DNA of 64,000 nucleotides from positions 308 through 64,307 of the forward strand of contig CACZAR010000004.1 in assembly GCA_902779135.1 (NCBI GenBank), given 5' to 3'. The translations under genes and the position numbers were made by a program. The stretch comes from an uncultured Coriobacteriaceae bacterium (GTDB lineage: Bacteria > Actinomycetota > Coriobacteriia > Coriobacteriales > Eggerthellaceae). Of the stretch, positions 53,438-63,885 are shown piece after piece (positions within the stretch are counted from its first letter, which is position 1; each line of letters begins with the position of its first letter). Under the pieces are notes generated by a model, which did not search any database, was not told the DNA's origin, and saw nothing but the letters and a program-made list of their open reading frames with translations.

Positions 53438-55633
53438 TTACCATGAAGCGCCCTCGTCTTCGTCATCTGCCTTATGCGCAAGAGGCTCGGTATCAGTGCC
53501 TGGACCAACAATGATGACTTCCTTCTTCGGCTGATAAACAGAGGTGTAGGACTCATCGATGAGCACTTCCCCGCTCGCATCGGTGACTTTTCTCGTCACG
53601 GTGATGCTGCTTCCATCTTCACCGGCGGTATCGGTGTAGTACTGACCGGCAGACAGCCAATCCGATTCCTCGAACTTGGTCGTATAGGTTTCTCCCATGA
53701 TCCATTCACCCTGTTCGGATGTAACGGTTCGTCCGGTGTAGACACTGTAGAGACGAGCTGTGACGGAGTGGTCAGTGTAGGACATCTTCAAGATGATGTC
53801 GCTCGGCGTGTCGTTCACCCATCTGAGGTCGAGCTCGCCGTAGCTTACGGCAGCATCTCTGCCGTCAGGATAGCTATGCATGTGTTCAGTGTGGTTATGA
53901 CGCTCGGAAACGGGCATACCAGCCTCGAACACAGCATTGAAGACTGTTGTCGCGACCTGGCAGATACCGCCACCGATCGAGTCGACATGCTCGCCACCGA
54001 TAATCGAACCGGCAGAAGCAAACGGTGGATCCTTCGTCGTATCGCCGGAGTGATCGTTGTAACTCCATTCACCACCATTGGCTTCAATGATGGTGTCGTT
54101 GAGGATGTCGGCAACCGTTCTAATGTTGTGGTTGCGGTTCTCGGTGCCTTCGTAGTTCGAGAACTCGGTCGTGTACTCGCCGATAACGGTCAAAATACCA
54201 AGATCGACCGCTTCGTCGAATGTCAAAGCACCCGGGGCGTTCGATGTCTCTATCGCGAATTCACCTGGAGATGAAGCGGTCGTGTCGCTGAACGTCTTCC
54301 CATCTTCGCCGTAAAGTGCAACGCCAAGCTCTTGAACAGCTGGTGCGACAAGCGGGATTTCACCATCGCCAGAAGTTGAAACAATGATTTCGTCAGCAAA
54401 CTTCGCGATGCTCACCGTGACATCCTCAGACGTCACGTTGGCCTTTACGCCCTTAACTACAGCAGGAATGGCTGCGTCCTCGTTAATAGACGCGACAAGC
54501 TCGTACCCGTTATCGGCTTCCTTTACCTCGACCTTCGTCCATGACGCGAGGTCTTCAGGAGATGCGGTCCAGCTATCGTTTTCATAGGTGAATGTCGCCC
54601 CAGCAGCTATTGAGCGATTGATGCCGTCGCTCGTTTGCTGCGCCTGCTCGTACGTTGTACGCGAAGGAGCAGCAACTGCTTCAGCAATGAACGATGAACT
54701 GCCGGAAATGCCGAGCATTGAATCGGAAATCTTCTTTGCGAAATCATTGCGATCGACCATGACGCCTTGCTTGCCCTCAACCGGGTGTGCTGCACCATTT
54801 TCAAGAGCAACCGTCGCATCTATGCGCGGATCGCCGATCGTCTTGTCTACCGTTGCGGCGAAATCTTCAAGTTTTGCCTCGTCGAATTGGACTTGAAGAG
54901 GGATTTCACTGCCGAACAACATGACGCCGAGACGCCCGAACGGCCCAGCATGCCGCCCTGCTTCGAGCGCTTTGTCTGCGACTTCCTCATATGGCATTGA
55001 TCCGCCGAGGTCGTAGACGTTCGTCTGCCATTCCGTTACAGCAGCATCGGCTTCTTCGACAGAAACCTCTTCTGCTTGCGCAACCCGTTCGGCGTCCTCC
55101 ACCTCGGAAGACTCTGCATTCATCGCCTCTTCGCTTGCATAGATCGTAACCTTTGCGTCGCGGATCTTGGACGTGTATTCGCCATCAAGGACTTCGACGA
55201 TTTCCTGCTTGGTCATCCCGCCAACGTTGATCCCGTTGACGGTAACGTTTCCGTAGGATTTCTCCCAATTCGAAACGGTATCCCAGATGCCACCGACAGC
55301 GAGCACGAGAACCACCGCGACGATGATGGTCGCAACTCGGCTAGAGATTATGGCCTTCCCGATGATTGCCAGTGCGCCGGGAATATCGACGTTCTTTGCA
55401 TTCCACGTCTTCTTTTTTGAAGTCTTGCTTTTAGCTCTGGATGATTTAACACGACTTCCAGAAGTATTGGCCGTTTTTCCAGATGCCCTTCGCTGAGTCG
55501 TCGATCGAGTATTTATTGGCGCATCACGCCATGACGAGCCATCAGACCTCTGCGAACCTGACGTGCGCGCCCTTTGACCACTGGAGCTGCCAGCGACTGA
55601 CTTTCTGGTTCTTTTCCTTTCGTCAGCTGCCAC
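53438..55633 (-). CDS. VanW-domain cell-wall protein (YoaR-like), N-terminally membrane-anchored
   Basis: Basic disordered N-terminus, one TM segment, repeated peptidoglycan-binding-like modules, and a C-terminal VanW core (GGICQVATTVFNA...YPDGRDA.V). Confidence 0.8.
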   Translation of the reverse strand: MAADERKRTRKSVAGSSSGQRARTSGSQRSDGSSWRDAPINTRSTTQRRASGKTANTSGSRVKSSRAKSKTSKKKTWNAKNVDIPGALAIIGKAIISSRVATIIVAVVLVLAVGGIWDTVSNWEKSYGNVTVNGINVGGMTKQEIVEVLDGEYTSKIRDAKVTIYASEEAMNAESSEVEDAERVAQAEEVSVEEADAAVTEWQTNVYDLGGSMPYEEVADKALEAGRHAGPFGRLGVMLFGSEIPLQVQFDEAKLEDFAATVDKTIGDPRIDATVALENGAAHPVEGKQGVMVDRNDFAKKISDSMLGISGSSSFIAEAVAAPSRTTYEQAQQTSDGINRSIAAGATFTYENDSWTASPEDLASWTKVEVKEADNGYELVASINEDAAIPAVVKGVKANVTSEDVTVSIAKFADEIIVSTSGDGEIPLVAPAVQELGVALYGEDGKTFSDTTASSPGEFAIETSNAPGALTFDEAVDLGILTVIGEYTTEFSNYEGTENRNHNIRTVADILNDTIIEANGGEWSYNDHSGDTTKDPPFASAGSIIGGEHVDSIGGGICQVATTVFNAVFEAGMPVSERHNHTEHMHSYPDGRDAAVSYGELDLRWVNDTPSDIILKMSYTDHSVTARLYSVYTGRTVTSEQGEWIMGETYTTKFEESDWLSAGQYYTDTAGEDGSSITVTRKVTDASGEVLIDESYTSVYQPKKEVIIVGPGTDTEPLAHKADDEDEGASW

Positions 55634-56274
55634 TACTGGGAACTCTCCTTAGCATTCTTCATGCCTTGCGCACCTGCTCGTATGTAGTAAACAGTTGTAA
55701 ACAGGGAAATAATCAAGCCAAGGTATACAGCCCAAATCCCCCACGAGCATGGATCATGGTTGAAGCCGGGAAGCCATGAAATATCGCAGAGCCCAAGCCC
55801 TCCAACAATCGGCATGTTTATCATCAATCCGAACAAGCCGAAGAACAAAAACGTTGTTGCGACCTTGCCCGAATAGACAACAGGCACGCGCACCTTGAAG
55901 TTCTTCAGCAAGAAAGAACCACCCCAGAGGAGGAACACATCACGTGCAAGAACGACGATGACCACCCAAACGGGCAATCGATTCACGGCGAGCAAACCGA
56001 CAACGCCGCAGATCATGAGCACTCTATCGACAGCGGGGTCAAGCAGCTGTCCAACACGTGAAACCTGGTTCGTACGGCGCGCAATCTGCCCGTCAATGAA
56101 GTCTGTAGCAGCTGATACGCCGAACAGCAACGCTGCTGCAATATCGTTTCCAGTGAGCAACAAGCCAAGCGCGATGGGCGCCATGAGCAACCGCACGAAC
56201 GAAATCACGTTCGGCACGGTTAAAACGCGATCAGTAACCGCGTCTTCCCTCTGTACGCCTTCTCCCTCGGACAT
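55633..56274 (-). CDS. pgsA: CDP-diacylglycerol--glycerol-3-phosphate 3-phosphatidyltransferase
   Basis: CDP-alcohol phosphatidyltransferase motif DFIDGQIARR...G..LDP..DR. Confidence 0.88.
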   Translation of the reverse strand: MSEGEGVQREDAVTDRVLTVPNVISFVRLLMAPIALGLLLTGNDIAAALLFGVSAATDFIDGQIARRTNQVSRVGQLLDPAVDRVLMICGVVGLLAVNRLPVWVVIVVLARDVFLLWGGSFLLKNFKVRVPVVYSGKVATTFLFFGLFGLMINMPIVGGLGLCDISWLPGFNHDPCSWGIWAVYLGLIISLFTTVYYIRAGAQGMKNAKESSQ

Positions 56275-56421
56275 GTGCTCCTTTGCCTTCCCAGCGATTC
56301 TCGCTTAAACCTAACGAAAACCGGGCGCATGCCCGGTCAATATTCATTTTATAGCGCTGGCCTTCTCATATGGCGTGAACAGCGATTCTCCATGCAGATT
56401 ATAGGCTGAATTCTCAATTCT

Positions 56422-57378
56422 CTAGGCTTCGTCAGCCTTGCTCATGTTGGAGATGATTTCAAGCGATTCTTTGAGCATGGAATCGATGTCGAGCGCCGTC
56501 GCATCAATCCAGTGCACCCGCTTGTCTTTTCTGAACCATGTACGCTGTCGCTTTGCATATCGGCAGGTTGCAACCTTGATTTCCTCAAATGCTTCTTCAA
56601 GATTGTGACCTTCATCGAGGGCCTGAACAATTTCCTTGTATCCAATCGCTTGTGGCGCTGTCACGCCCTCTCTGAACCCTCTTGCGAGAAGGCTTTCAAC
56701 CTCTTCGACAAGGCCTTCGGCTACCATCTCGTCAACACGATCGCGAATCCTTTGCCTGAGCGTATCTGGATCAACGGCAAGCCCTATGAATATTGCGGGC
56801 TTGTATTGTCCAATTTGCGCAAGCTTTTCCTTTTGTTCGGCATAGCTTAAACCTTCATCGAGCAGCTCGAATGCCCTCACCACGCGCTTGACGTCATTTT
56901 CGGGAATGATGGCAGCGCTTTCTGGATCAATTTCGCGCAACCGTTCCCACAGCACGTGAGCACCCTCGTGCTCGGCAACTGCGTTCAAGGTGTCTCGAAG
57001 CTCGTTGTCAACCTGCTCGCCTTTAGGGAAGTCGTAATCGTCAATTGCGGCTCTAACGTAGAAACCCGTCCCACCGCAGAGTATCGGCCACTTTCCCTTT
57101 GCTTCGATTTCATCGAAGCATCTGCGGGCATATTCCTGGAAAAGAGCTGCTGACCATGGTTCACCTGGGTCAGCTAGATCGAGCCCGTAATGATTTACGA
57201 CGCGCTGCGATTCGGGAACCTTCCCTGTTCCGATATCCATACCGCGATATATCTGCATGGAATCGGCGCTTACGATTTCACCATCAAGCTCGAGCGCTAT
57301 GAGCTGGGCAAGGGCACTTTTCCCTGAAGCAGTTGGACCAACGACGCATACGACAGGTTTTTGATGGTCTCGATCCAT
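56422..57378 (-). CDS. miaA: tRNA dimethylallyltransferase
   Basis: VVGPTASGKSALA, SADSMQIYRGMDIGT and RQRTWFR. Confidence 0.92.
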   Translation of the reverse strand: MDRDHQKPVVCVVGPTASGKSALAQLIALELDGEIVSADSMQIYRGMDIGTGKVPESQRVVNHYGLDLADPGEPWSAALFQEYARRCFDEIEAKGKWPILCGGTGFYVRAAIDDYDFPKGEQVDNELRDTLNAVAEHEGAHVLWERLREIDPESAAIIPENDVKRVVRAFELLDEGLSYAEQKEKLAQIGQYKPAIFIGLAVDPDTLRQRIRDRVDEMVAEGLVEEVESLLARGFREGVTAPQAIGYKEIVQALDEGHNLEEAFEEIKVATCRYAKRQRTWFRKDKRVHWIDATALDIDSMLKESLEIISNMSKADEA

Positions 57379-57384
57379 GCGGAC

Positions 57385-58746
57385 TTACACCATTGTGCCG
57401 CGCAAATACCATGTGCGCGCCTCTTCGATTTTCACAGGTACGATTTTTCCTACCAAATCTTCGAGAACGGCGCCTTCGGGAATCGGAGCATGAACATTGA
57501 TGTTCTCGGGACTATGCCCGGTCGCAATTCTGGAATCCTTCTTCGAAGCGCCTTCGATAAGCACATCGACAACGTGGCCTTTTTGAGCTTGGTTGAAATC
57601 GTATGCCCCACGTTCAACAACTTCGCGCAATCGATCGAATCGCTCTTGGATAACCTCGCGCGGCGTATCGTCGAAATACGATGCCGCGGGTGTGCCTTCT
57701 CGTTTTGAGTAGATGAACGTGAATACCTGAGAGTATCCAACCTCCTCGACGAGACGGTACGTTCCCATGAAATCTTGCTCTGTTTCACCGGGGAACCCGA
57801 CGATGATGTCGGTCGACAACGAGATGCCAGGCTTCACATCCCTAAGCTTCTCGATGAGACCAAGATAATGCTCAACGGTGTACGAACGGTGCATGGCCTT
57901 GAGAATAGAATCCGATCCTGATTGCGCCGGGAGGTGCAATGCCGGCATCAGGGCATCGAGCGTACCGAATTTCGCAATGACTTCGTCCGTGAGATCCTTC
58001 GGATGGCTCGTCGCGAACCTGAGCCTTTCGATGCCTGTATCAGCCACAGCTTCAAGGACATCGGCGAATCGCGGTTTCCCATATAAGTCACGGCCATACG
58101 AATTCACGTTCTGACCAAGAAGCGTGATCTCTTTCACCCCTGCAGAAACGTAGCGTTTAGCCTCGTCAACGATATCTTCGAGCGTTCGTGACTTCTCTCG
58201 ACCCCTTACATAGGGAACTATGCAGTACGTGCAGAAGTTGTTGCACCCAATGGTAATTGGGAGCCAAGCAGCCCATGAGTTTTCTCGCGTGATGGGCAGG
58301 TCAGTCGGAAACGATTCCGATTCCTCCAAAGTTTCGACGACATGTCGATCGCCCTCTAGGACACCCTTGAGCATTCCCGGCAACGATGCGAGATTGTTGG
58401 TTCCGAATACAACGTCGAGATGGGGCAATTCGCCAAATAGCTTATCCCCATCGCGCTGACCAATGCATCCGCCAACTGCGATGATGCGCTTTTCAAGCGG
58501 CGAGCCTTTTCGCAGCGGGACGTTCTTCATAGACGCAACCTGCCCGAGAAGTCGAACATCGGCTGCTTCCCTCACGCAGCAAGTCATGAAGACGACAACG
58601 TCAGCGTCTTCTATCGTTTCGACACATGAGGACCCAAGACTCTCAAGCATGCCCGTGACACGCTCGGAGTCGTGCTTGTTCATCTGACACCCAAATGTTT
58701 GGACATGGAACGTTAAATCCATGAAGGAAGAGGTTGTACCATTCAT
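57385..58746 (-). CDS. miaB: tRNA-i6A37 methylthiotransferase
   Basis: FHVQTFGCQMN (UPF0004 domain), radical-SAM CNNFCTYCIVP, and a TRAM domain. Confidence 0.92.
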   Translation of the reverse strand: MNGTTSSFMDLTFHVQTFGCQMNKHDSERVTGMLESLGSSCVETIEDADVVVFMTCCVREAADVRLLGQVASMKNVPLRKGSPLEKRIIAVGGCIGQRDGDKLFGELPHLDVVFGTNNLASLPGMLKGVLEGDRHVVETLEESESFPTDLPITRENSWAAWLPITIGCNNFCTYCIVPYVRGREKSRTLEDIVDEAKRYVSAGVKEITLLGQNVNSYGRDLYGKPRFADVLEAVADTGIERLRFATSHPKDLTDEVIAKFGTLDALMPALHLPAQSGSDSILKAMHRSYTVEHYLGLIEKLRDVKPGISLSTDIIVGFPGETEQDFMGTYRLVEEVGYSQVFTFIYSKREGTPAASYFDDTPREVIQERFDRLREVVERGAYDFNQAQKGHVVDVLIEGASKKDSRIATGHSPENINVHAPIPEGAVLEDLVGKIVPVKIEEARTWYLRGTMV

Positions 58747-58755
58747 GGCGCGACC

Positions 58756-59094
58756 TTAAAACAGCGTGTTTGAATAGCCCTCGTCGTCATCCATAGTGCC
58801 ACGCAGGTACTGGGCTTTGATAGCGAAATGAATTGCCGTACGGTACTCGCCGTCGATGATGATATCGGCAAACGACGGGACGCATGCAATTTCGATTCCC
58901 ACAGGTGACAGGAAGCCACGCGATATCGCAATTGCTTTGATAGCTTGATTCACGGCTCCTGCGCCCACAGCCTGCATTTCAACGGGCACGCCGTCTTTTA
59001 CCATGCCGGCAATTGCTCCCGCTACTGAAGCAGGAGATGATTTCGATGAAACCTTGAGGCAGCTCGTGCCAGCATATTGTTCGCTTGTCTGCAT
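58756..59094 (-). CDS. spoVS: SpoVS-family protein
   Basis: LKVSSKSSPASVAGAIAG...QAVGAGAVNQAIKAIAISRGF is a near-canonical SpoVS core. It has a C-terminal extension of about 20 aa. Confidence 0.8.
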   Translation of the reverse strand: MQTSEQYAGTSCLKVSSKSSPASVAGAIAGMVKDGVPVEMQAVGAGAVNQAIKAIAISRGFLSPVGIEIACVPSFADIIIDGEYRTAIHFAIKAQYLRGTMDDDEGYSNTLF

Positions 59095-59198
59095 ACCAGT
59101 CCTCTAATGTAGACGTTTCAAGAGCGGTTTTCGTTCGTTCGATATGCTCTGTCAATGTTGTTGTAATGGGTTATTTTAACTATATTGCAGCAAATATG

Positions 59199-60281
59199 CT
59201 AGTCATCCTTGCGAATGATGGGTAATGTCAAGGTGATTTTGTCGTATGAGACCCGCATTTGGGGTTCTATATCGCCTTCGAGATAGTATCTTCGCGCGAT
59301 TTCGCCAAAGGCTTCGCGCGCAGTCGACTTCAGCAAATTTGCATCGTTCTTGTCGAAACGAATCGCCTTGCGACCCTGTTTCGTTTGAGTTCGCTTCTTC
59401 GCGGCAGGCTTATTATCACGCGTGATCTCGACACAATCGAGAATGGGGTCCAGTGCGGCAATCTCGCCGTTCATGATCCTTCGCGCAGTCCTTTCGGACA
59501 TTTCGAGACCCATGCTTTGCGCGAGCACTCTAAGCTCCTCTGGCTCTCCTGCAGTTGCAAGCATTTTCGAGAGAGGCAGCTGACTGACATCGCGGCAAAA
59601 CGCTTTGTCTATGGCCGAAAGCGTCGCAGAGCCGTAATAGAACAGTGTGGCTGCAACTTCAACCGGCGAACCAACGTAAACCGAGCAAGTTGAACGCGAT
59701 TCAATTGCAAACTCGCATGACGTCCTCAGTATGTTTCGAGGACCACGTACAAGCACAGTCCCACCTTCAGCAAGCGTGAAGGTCGGGAAGCTCGATTGAT
59801 CGGATTTTTCGGAAAGCTTTTCTGTGTTCACATCGACTTTGATAGCGCATCCCAAGCCGACGTCTGAACGCATGATTTCGGAATTGTCTGCATTTACCGA
59901 AATCGAATAGAGCGCCATGCCGCGGCCATGCATACCCCATGCATCGATATGCGACGTATCGAGCTTGGATGTCACGCGAGGCTCGAAAACATGCCCATGC
60001 ATGGTTTTCGGAATGCCGTCGCCGTCGTCGACTACAGTCAAACTTCTCTTCGCGCCTTCACGTGACATTGCAACGAATATCTTCGTTGCGTGCGCATCAC
60101 GCGAATTCCTAAGCAATTCGAGAACAATGCTCTCGACGCTGCGGATGTCCTGAATCGCCTGCCTACGTTCTGCTTCAGAGGTCCTAAGACGGACGAAGCC
60201 ATCCCCAAAGTCATGTTCGACTCTGAGATGGCTCGTACCGCTGACTTCTTCTACGAATGATTCGAGTGACTTGTCAGACAT
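59199..60281 (-). CDS. stand-alone GHKL (HATPase_c-like) ATP-binding protein
   Basis: ELLRNSRDA (N-box), VDDGDGIP (G1) and GMHGRGMALYS (G2). No HisKA/phospho-acceptor domain is visible. Confidence 0.65.
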   Translation of the reverse strand: MSDKSLESFVEEVSGTSHLRVEHDFGDGFVRLRTSEAERRQAIQDIRSVESIVLELLRNSRDAHATKIFVAMSREGAKRSLTVVDDGDGIPKTMHGHVFEPRVTSKLDTSHIDAWGMHGRGMALYSISVNADNSEIMRSDVGLGCAIKVDVNTEKLSEKSDQSSFPTFTLAEGGTVLVRGPRNILRTSCEFAIESRSTCSVYVGSPVEVAATLFYYGSATLSAIDKAFCRDVSQLPLSKMLATAGEPEELRVLAQSMGLEMSERTARRIMNGEIAALDPILDCVEITRDNKPAAKKRTQTKQGRKAIRFDKNDANLLKSTAREAFGEIARRYYLEGDIEPQMRVSYDKITLTLPIIRKDD

Positions 60282-60284
60282 CTG

Positions 60285-61817
60285 CTATTTCGCAACGCCG
60301 ATTGCGCGGCTCTCCCTAATGACGACGACCTTTACCTGACCGGGATACTGGAGTTCGTTTTCGATGCGAGAGGCAATGTCGTGTGCAAGCACGACGGTCT
60401 TGGCTTCGTCCACCTTCTCAGGTTCGACCATCACGCGCACTTCGCGACCAGCCTGAATGGCATAGGTGCGCTCGACGCCTTCGTAAGACATAGCGATTTC
60501 CTCAAGCTTCTCGAGGCGCTTGATGTAAGCATCGAGCGTTTCCTTGCGGGCGCCAGGACGCGCGGCTGATACAGCATCCGCTGCCTGCACGAGGACATCG
60601 AGAACGCTATTGGGCTCGACATCGTTGTGATGAGCCTCGATTGCGTGAACAATCGCGTTGTTCTCGCCGAAGCGCCTCGCAAGATCGGCGCCAATGACAG
60701 CATGGTTGCCTTCGACCTCGCGATCGATTGCCTTGCCGATGTCGTGCAGAAGACCTGCGCGTTTAGCTGGAACAGGGTCGAGACCAAGCTCGCTTGCCAT
60801 CACGCCGGTAAGGTATGCGACCTCGAGCGAGTGGTTCAACACGTTCTGGCCATAAGAAGTGCGGTAGCGCAAACGGCCGAGCGTCTTGACAAGCTCGGGG
60901 TGCATATCGTGGATGCCGGTATCGAAGGCAGCTTGATCGCCTGCTTCTTGCACACGCTGGTTCACGAGCTTCTCGGCTTTCGCGAACATCTCTTCGATAC
61001 GTGCGGGATGAATACGTCCGTCAGCAATCAGGTTCTCCATCGTGACACGACCGATTTCGCGTCGAACGGGGTCGAAGCATGAAATGGTCACACATTCGGG
61101 CGTATCGTCGATGATGAGATTCGTGCCGGTGATTTGCTCGAACGACCTGATGTTGCGACCCTCCCTGCCGATGATGCGGCCTTTCAAATCATCAGAAGGT
61201 ATCTGGATGGTCGAAACGGTATTCTCGACGGTGTATTCGGAAGCAATCCTCTGCATTGCCTGGCTGAGGATGGAACGCGCCGTTTTGTCAGCTTCCGCTT
61301 TCGTGCGCGCCTCAGAATCGCGAATGATTTGAGCGCTCTCGATTGCAACCTCATCTTTGAGGTTATTGAGAAGCTCGGTCTTTGCTTCTTCGGGAGTCAT
61401 GCCCGCAACGCTTTCAAGGCGCTTGTTGACCTCTTCTTCGGCCTCCTCGAGCATGCGCTGTCTCTTCTCGACCTGACCTTGCATAGAAGAAATCTGATGC
61501 TCACGCTGGTCGAGAGAATTCGTACGACGATCGAGCGATTCCTCGCGCTGCTGAACACGATGCTCAGCTTCACGCACCTCGCGCTGACGCTCTTTTCGCT
61601 CCGTTTCGATTTCGGCCTTAAGCTTTAGCGCCTCGTCTTTTGCTTCAACTTCTGCTTCACGTCGAATTGTATCTGCCATGCGCTTCGCATCATCTACGAT
61701 CGACTGAGCCTCCTGCTCCTTTTTCTTGGCAGAAGAGTTGACCAAGTAACGTGCTATCACGAAACCGAGGACGATGCCGACGACGGCTCCGATTATTGCG
61801 ATTACGAATTCGGGCAT
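60285..61817 (-). CDS. rny: ribonuclease Y
   Basis: N-terminal TM segment, coiled coil, KH domain (GRIIGREGRNIR) and HD domain (LLHDIGKA). Confidence 0.95.
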   Translation of the reverse strand: MPEFVIAIIGAVVGIVLGFVIARYLVNSSAKKKEQEAQSIVDDAKRMADTIRREAEVEAKDEALKLKAEIETERKERQREVREAEHRVQQREESLDRRTNSLDQREHQISSMQGQVEKRQRMLEEAEEEVNKRLESVAGMTPEEAKTELLNNLKDEVAIESAQIIRDSEARTKAEADKTARSILSQAMQRIASEYTVENTVSTIQIPSDDLKGRIIGREGRNIRSFEQITGTNLIIDDTPECVTISCFDPVRREIGRVTMENLIADGRIHPARIEEMFAKAEKLVNQRVQEAGDQAAFDTGIHDMHPELVKTLGRLRYRTSYGQNVLNHSLEVAYLTGVMASELGLDPVPAKRAGLLHDIGKAIDREVEGNHAVIGADLARRFGENNAIVHAIEAHHNDVEPNSVLDVLVQAADAVSAARPGARKETLDAYIKRLEKLEEIAMSYEGVERTYAIQAGREVRVMVEPEKVDEAKTVVLAHDIASRIENELQYPGQVKVVVIRESRAIGVAK

Positions 61818-62029
61818 CTTCTCCCCTTTCTAACCTCATCATGAATGCATTCAACCCAGGACATGCTTTCGCATACCCAAGGGCATGAGAACTTGAATCT
61901 CTTAATTGGTGTCGATATTCAACTGGTTATATAAACACCCTTGCGGGTTCGTATTCTCATACGAGCTTATGATAAAACGCTCTGAGAAAACTTGCCGCGA
62001 TATGTTACGTAACGACATAAAAAGAGCGC

Positions 62030-62611
62030 CTATTCGGCGCCCTCACACCAGAGCCTTGCTGCGTTCGATGCAATGGCAGCTGGATAACCATTCTGAACAA
62101 GCTTTCGATAGGCTCCTTCCCTCTTGTTTTTCGACCGCGTTGGATGACGGTCTAGATATGCAAGGGCTCGTTCGAGCTGCTCATCATCACTTTCAACAAA
62201 CTCGTACGGCCATCCGGGAACATCATCCAAATCGATGCCGTGCGCTGCGAGCTCGCGACGTATTCCCGCATCGCCTCTTCCCTTTCTCAACCTGCTTCGA
62301 ATGAGTGATGCAGCAAACCTCATGTCGTCTATGAAACCATAACCGATAGCACGCCCGACAGCCTCGTTGATAGCCTCATCGGTGAACCCCTCCAGCTCAA
62401 GCCTTTCACGGACAGCATGTTCCGATCGTTCACTGACATTCACCCAGGAAACAATGCGTTTGAGAGCACGATCAGAGTCTGAAGGATCCAGCTCCTCACA
62501 ACTAGATTTCGTTCTCGGCGAGGAGCTGGATTTGTAAACTATCGATTGCGCGTTTGACTCAATTGCCCCAATTTGAGCTTTGAGACCATCGATGATTTCG
62601 CGCTTTGACAT
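62030..62611 (-). CDS. recX: recombination regulator RecX
   Basis: Immediately follows the recA stop (TAGCATG). Three-repeat helical pattern (...L..RGF.D..I..A...). Confidence 0.75.
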   Translation of the reverse strand: MSKREIIDGLKAQIGAIESNAQSIVYKSSSSPRTKSSCEELDPSDSDRALKRIVSWVNVSERSEHAVRERLELEGFTDEAINEAVGRAIGYGFIDDMRFAASLIRSRLRKGRGDAGIRRELAAHGIDLDDVPGWPYEFVESDDEQLERALAYLDRHPTRSKNKREGAYRKLVQNGYPAAIASNAARLWCEGAE

Positions 62612-62612
62612 G

Positions 62613-63671
62613 CTAGCGCTTCTTCGCAGGTTTCTCGACTGGCGTAAGCGCCTCGGCTTCTTCACGCGAACGCTCGATGATTGGAATATCGAAATGTTCG
62701 CGTACCTTCTTTTCGATTTCGTCTCTCATGTCGGGATTCTCAGCGAGCGTTTGCTTTGCTGCTTCGCGACCTTGGCCAAGCCGTACCTCTCCGTATGTGT
62801 ACCAGGCGCCGCTCTTCTTCGCTATGCCGGCTTCAACTGCCATATCGATAATGCAGCCTTCTTTTGAAATGCCCTGACCGTACATGAGGTCGAATTCCGC
62901 CTGCCTGAACGGAGGCGCAACTTTGTTCTTTACAACTTTCGCCCTCACACGGTTGCCGACTACTTCGCCGTTTTGCTTGATTGAATCGATACGGCGAATA
63001 TCGATGCGGACAGTCGAGAAGAATTTGAGTGCGCGACCACCGGTGGTTGTCTCGGGATTACCGAACATGACACCGATTTTCTCGCGGAGTTGGTTGATGA
63101 AGATGCAGGTCGTGTTTGATTTGGCCAAAGAGCCGGCAAGCTTGCGCAGTGCTTGGGACATGAGACGAGCTTGCAAGCCCACCGTCGTGTCGCCCATCTC
63201 ACCTTCGATCTCGGCTTTAGGAACGAGCGCTGCAACAGAGTCGATGACGATGCAATCAATTGCACCCGAACGGACGAGCATGTCGCAAATCTCAAGAGCC
63301 TGCTCGCCGAAATCAGGTTGGGAAATGAGCACTTCGTCAATGTCGACGCCCAAGCGGGCGGCATACACTGGATCAAGAGCATGCTCGGCATCTATGAATG
63401 CAACGATTCCACCAAGCGCTTGAGACTCGGCAAGAATCTGCAGGGCTAGAGTCGTCTTGCCACTCGATTCGGGACCGTATATCTCGATGATGCGACCGCG
63501 GGGAACGCCTCCGATGCCAAGAGCCGCATCAAGCGCAAGTGAACCAGTTGGGATGGCCTCGACGGTGAGGTCTTTGCCGCTATCTCCAAATTTCATAATC
63601 GAGCCTTTACCGAATTTGGACTCGATTTGATCGGTGGTCATCTTCAGGATTGTTGTTTTTTCTTCGTTCAT
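62613..63671 (-). CDS. recA: recombinase RecA
   Basis: [12 protein letters not shown] (Walker A), IVIDSVAAL and [20 protein letters not shown]. Confidence 0.97.
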   Translation of the reverse strand: MNEEKTTILKMTTDQIESKFGKGSIMKFGDSGKDLTVEAIPTGSLALDAALGIGGVPRGRIIEIYGPESSGKTTLALQILAESQALGGIVAFIDAEHALDPVYAARLGVDIDEVLISQPDFGEQALEICDMLVRSGAIDCIVIDSVAALVPKAEIEGEMGDTTVGLQARLMSQALRKLAGSLAKSNTTCIFINQLREKIGVMFGNPETTTGGRALKFFSTVRIDIRRIDSIKQNGEVVGNRVRAKVVKNKVAPPFRQAEFDLMYGQGISKEGCIIDMAVEAGIAKKSGAWYTYGEVRLGQGREAAKQTLAENPDMRDEIEKKVREHFDIPIIERSREEAEALTPVEKPAKKR

Positions 63672-63702
63672 GGCACCTTCTCTTCCGAATTCCGACAAAT
63701 AC

Positions 63703-63741
63703 ATTATTGACGAACAGATGTTTGTTGTCAAACCTTTGTTC
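63703..63741 (-). promoter_or_regulatory. recA promoter with two LexA-type boxes
   Basis: On the minus strand: TTGACA (63731..63726), 17 nt, AATAAT (63708..63703). Boxes are GAACAGATGTTT at 63712..63723 (in the spacer) and AAACCTTTGTTC at 63730..63741 (over the -35). Confidence 0.65.
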
Positions 63742-63885
63742 GCTTACTTGCCATATTCTTGTGCATTGTTCCATTCGCGCAACCGTCAAAACACCGCGAA
63801 ATGGTCGATCCCGAACGAAACGCCCATGCATCAAACCTGCATGGGCGTTCTCTTGGGATTCTGAGATTGTTCGTTTGAAAACCTT

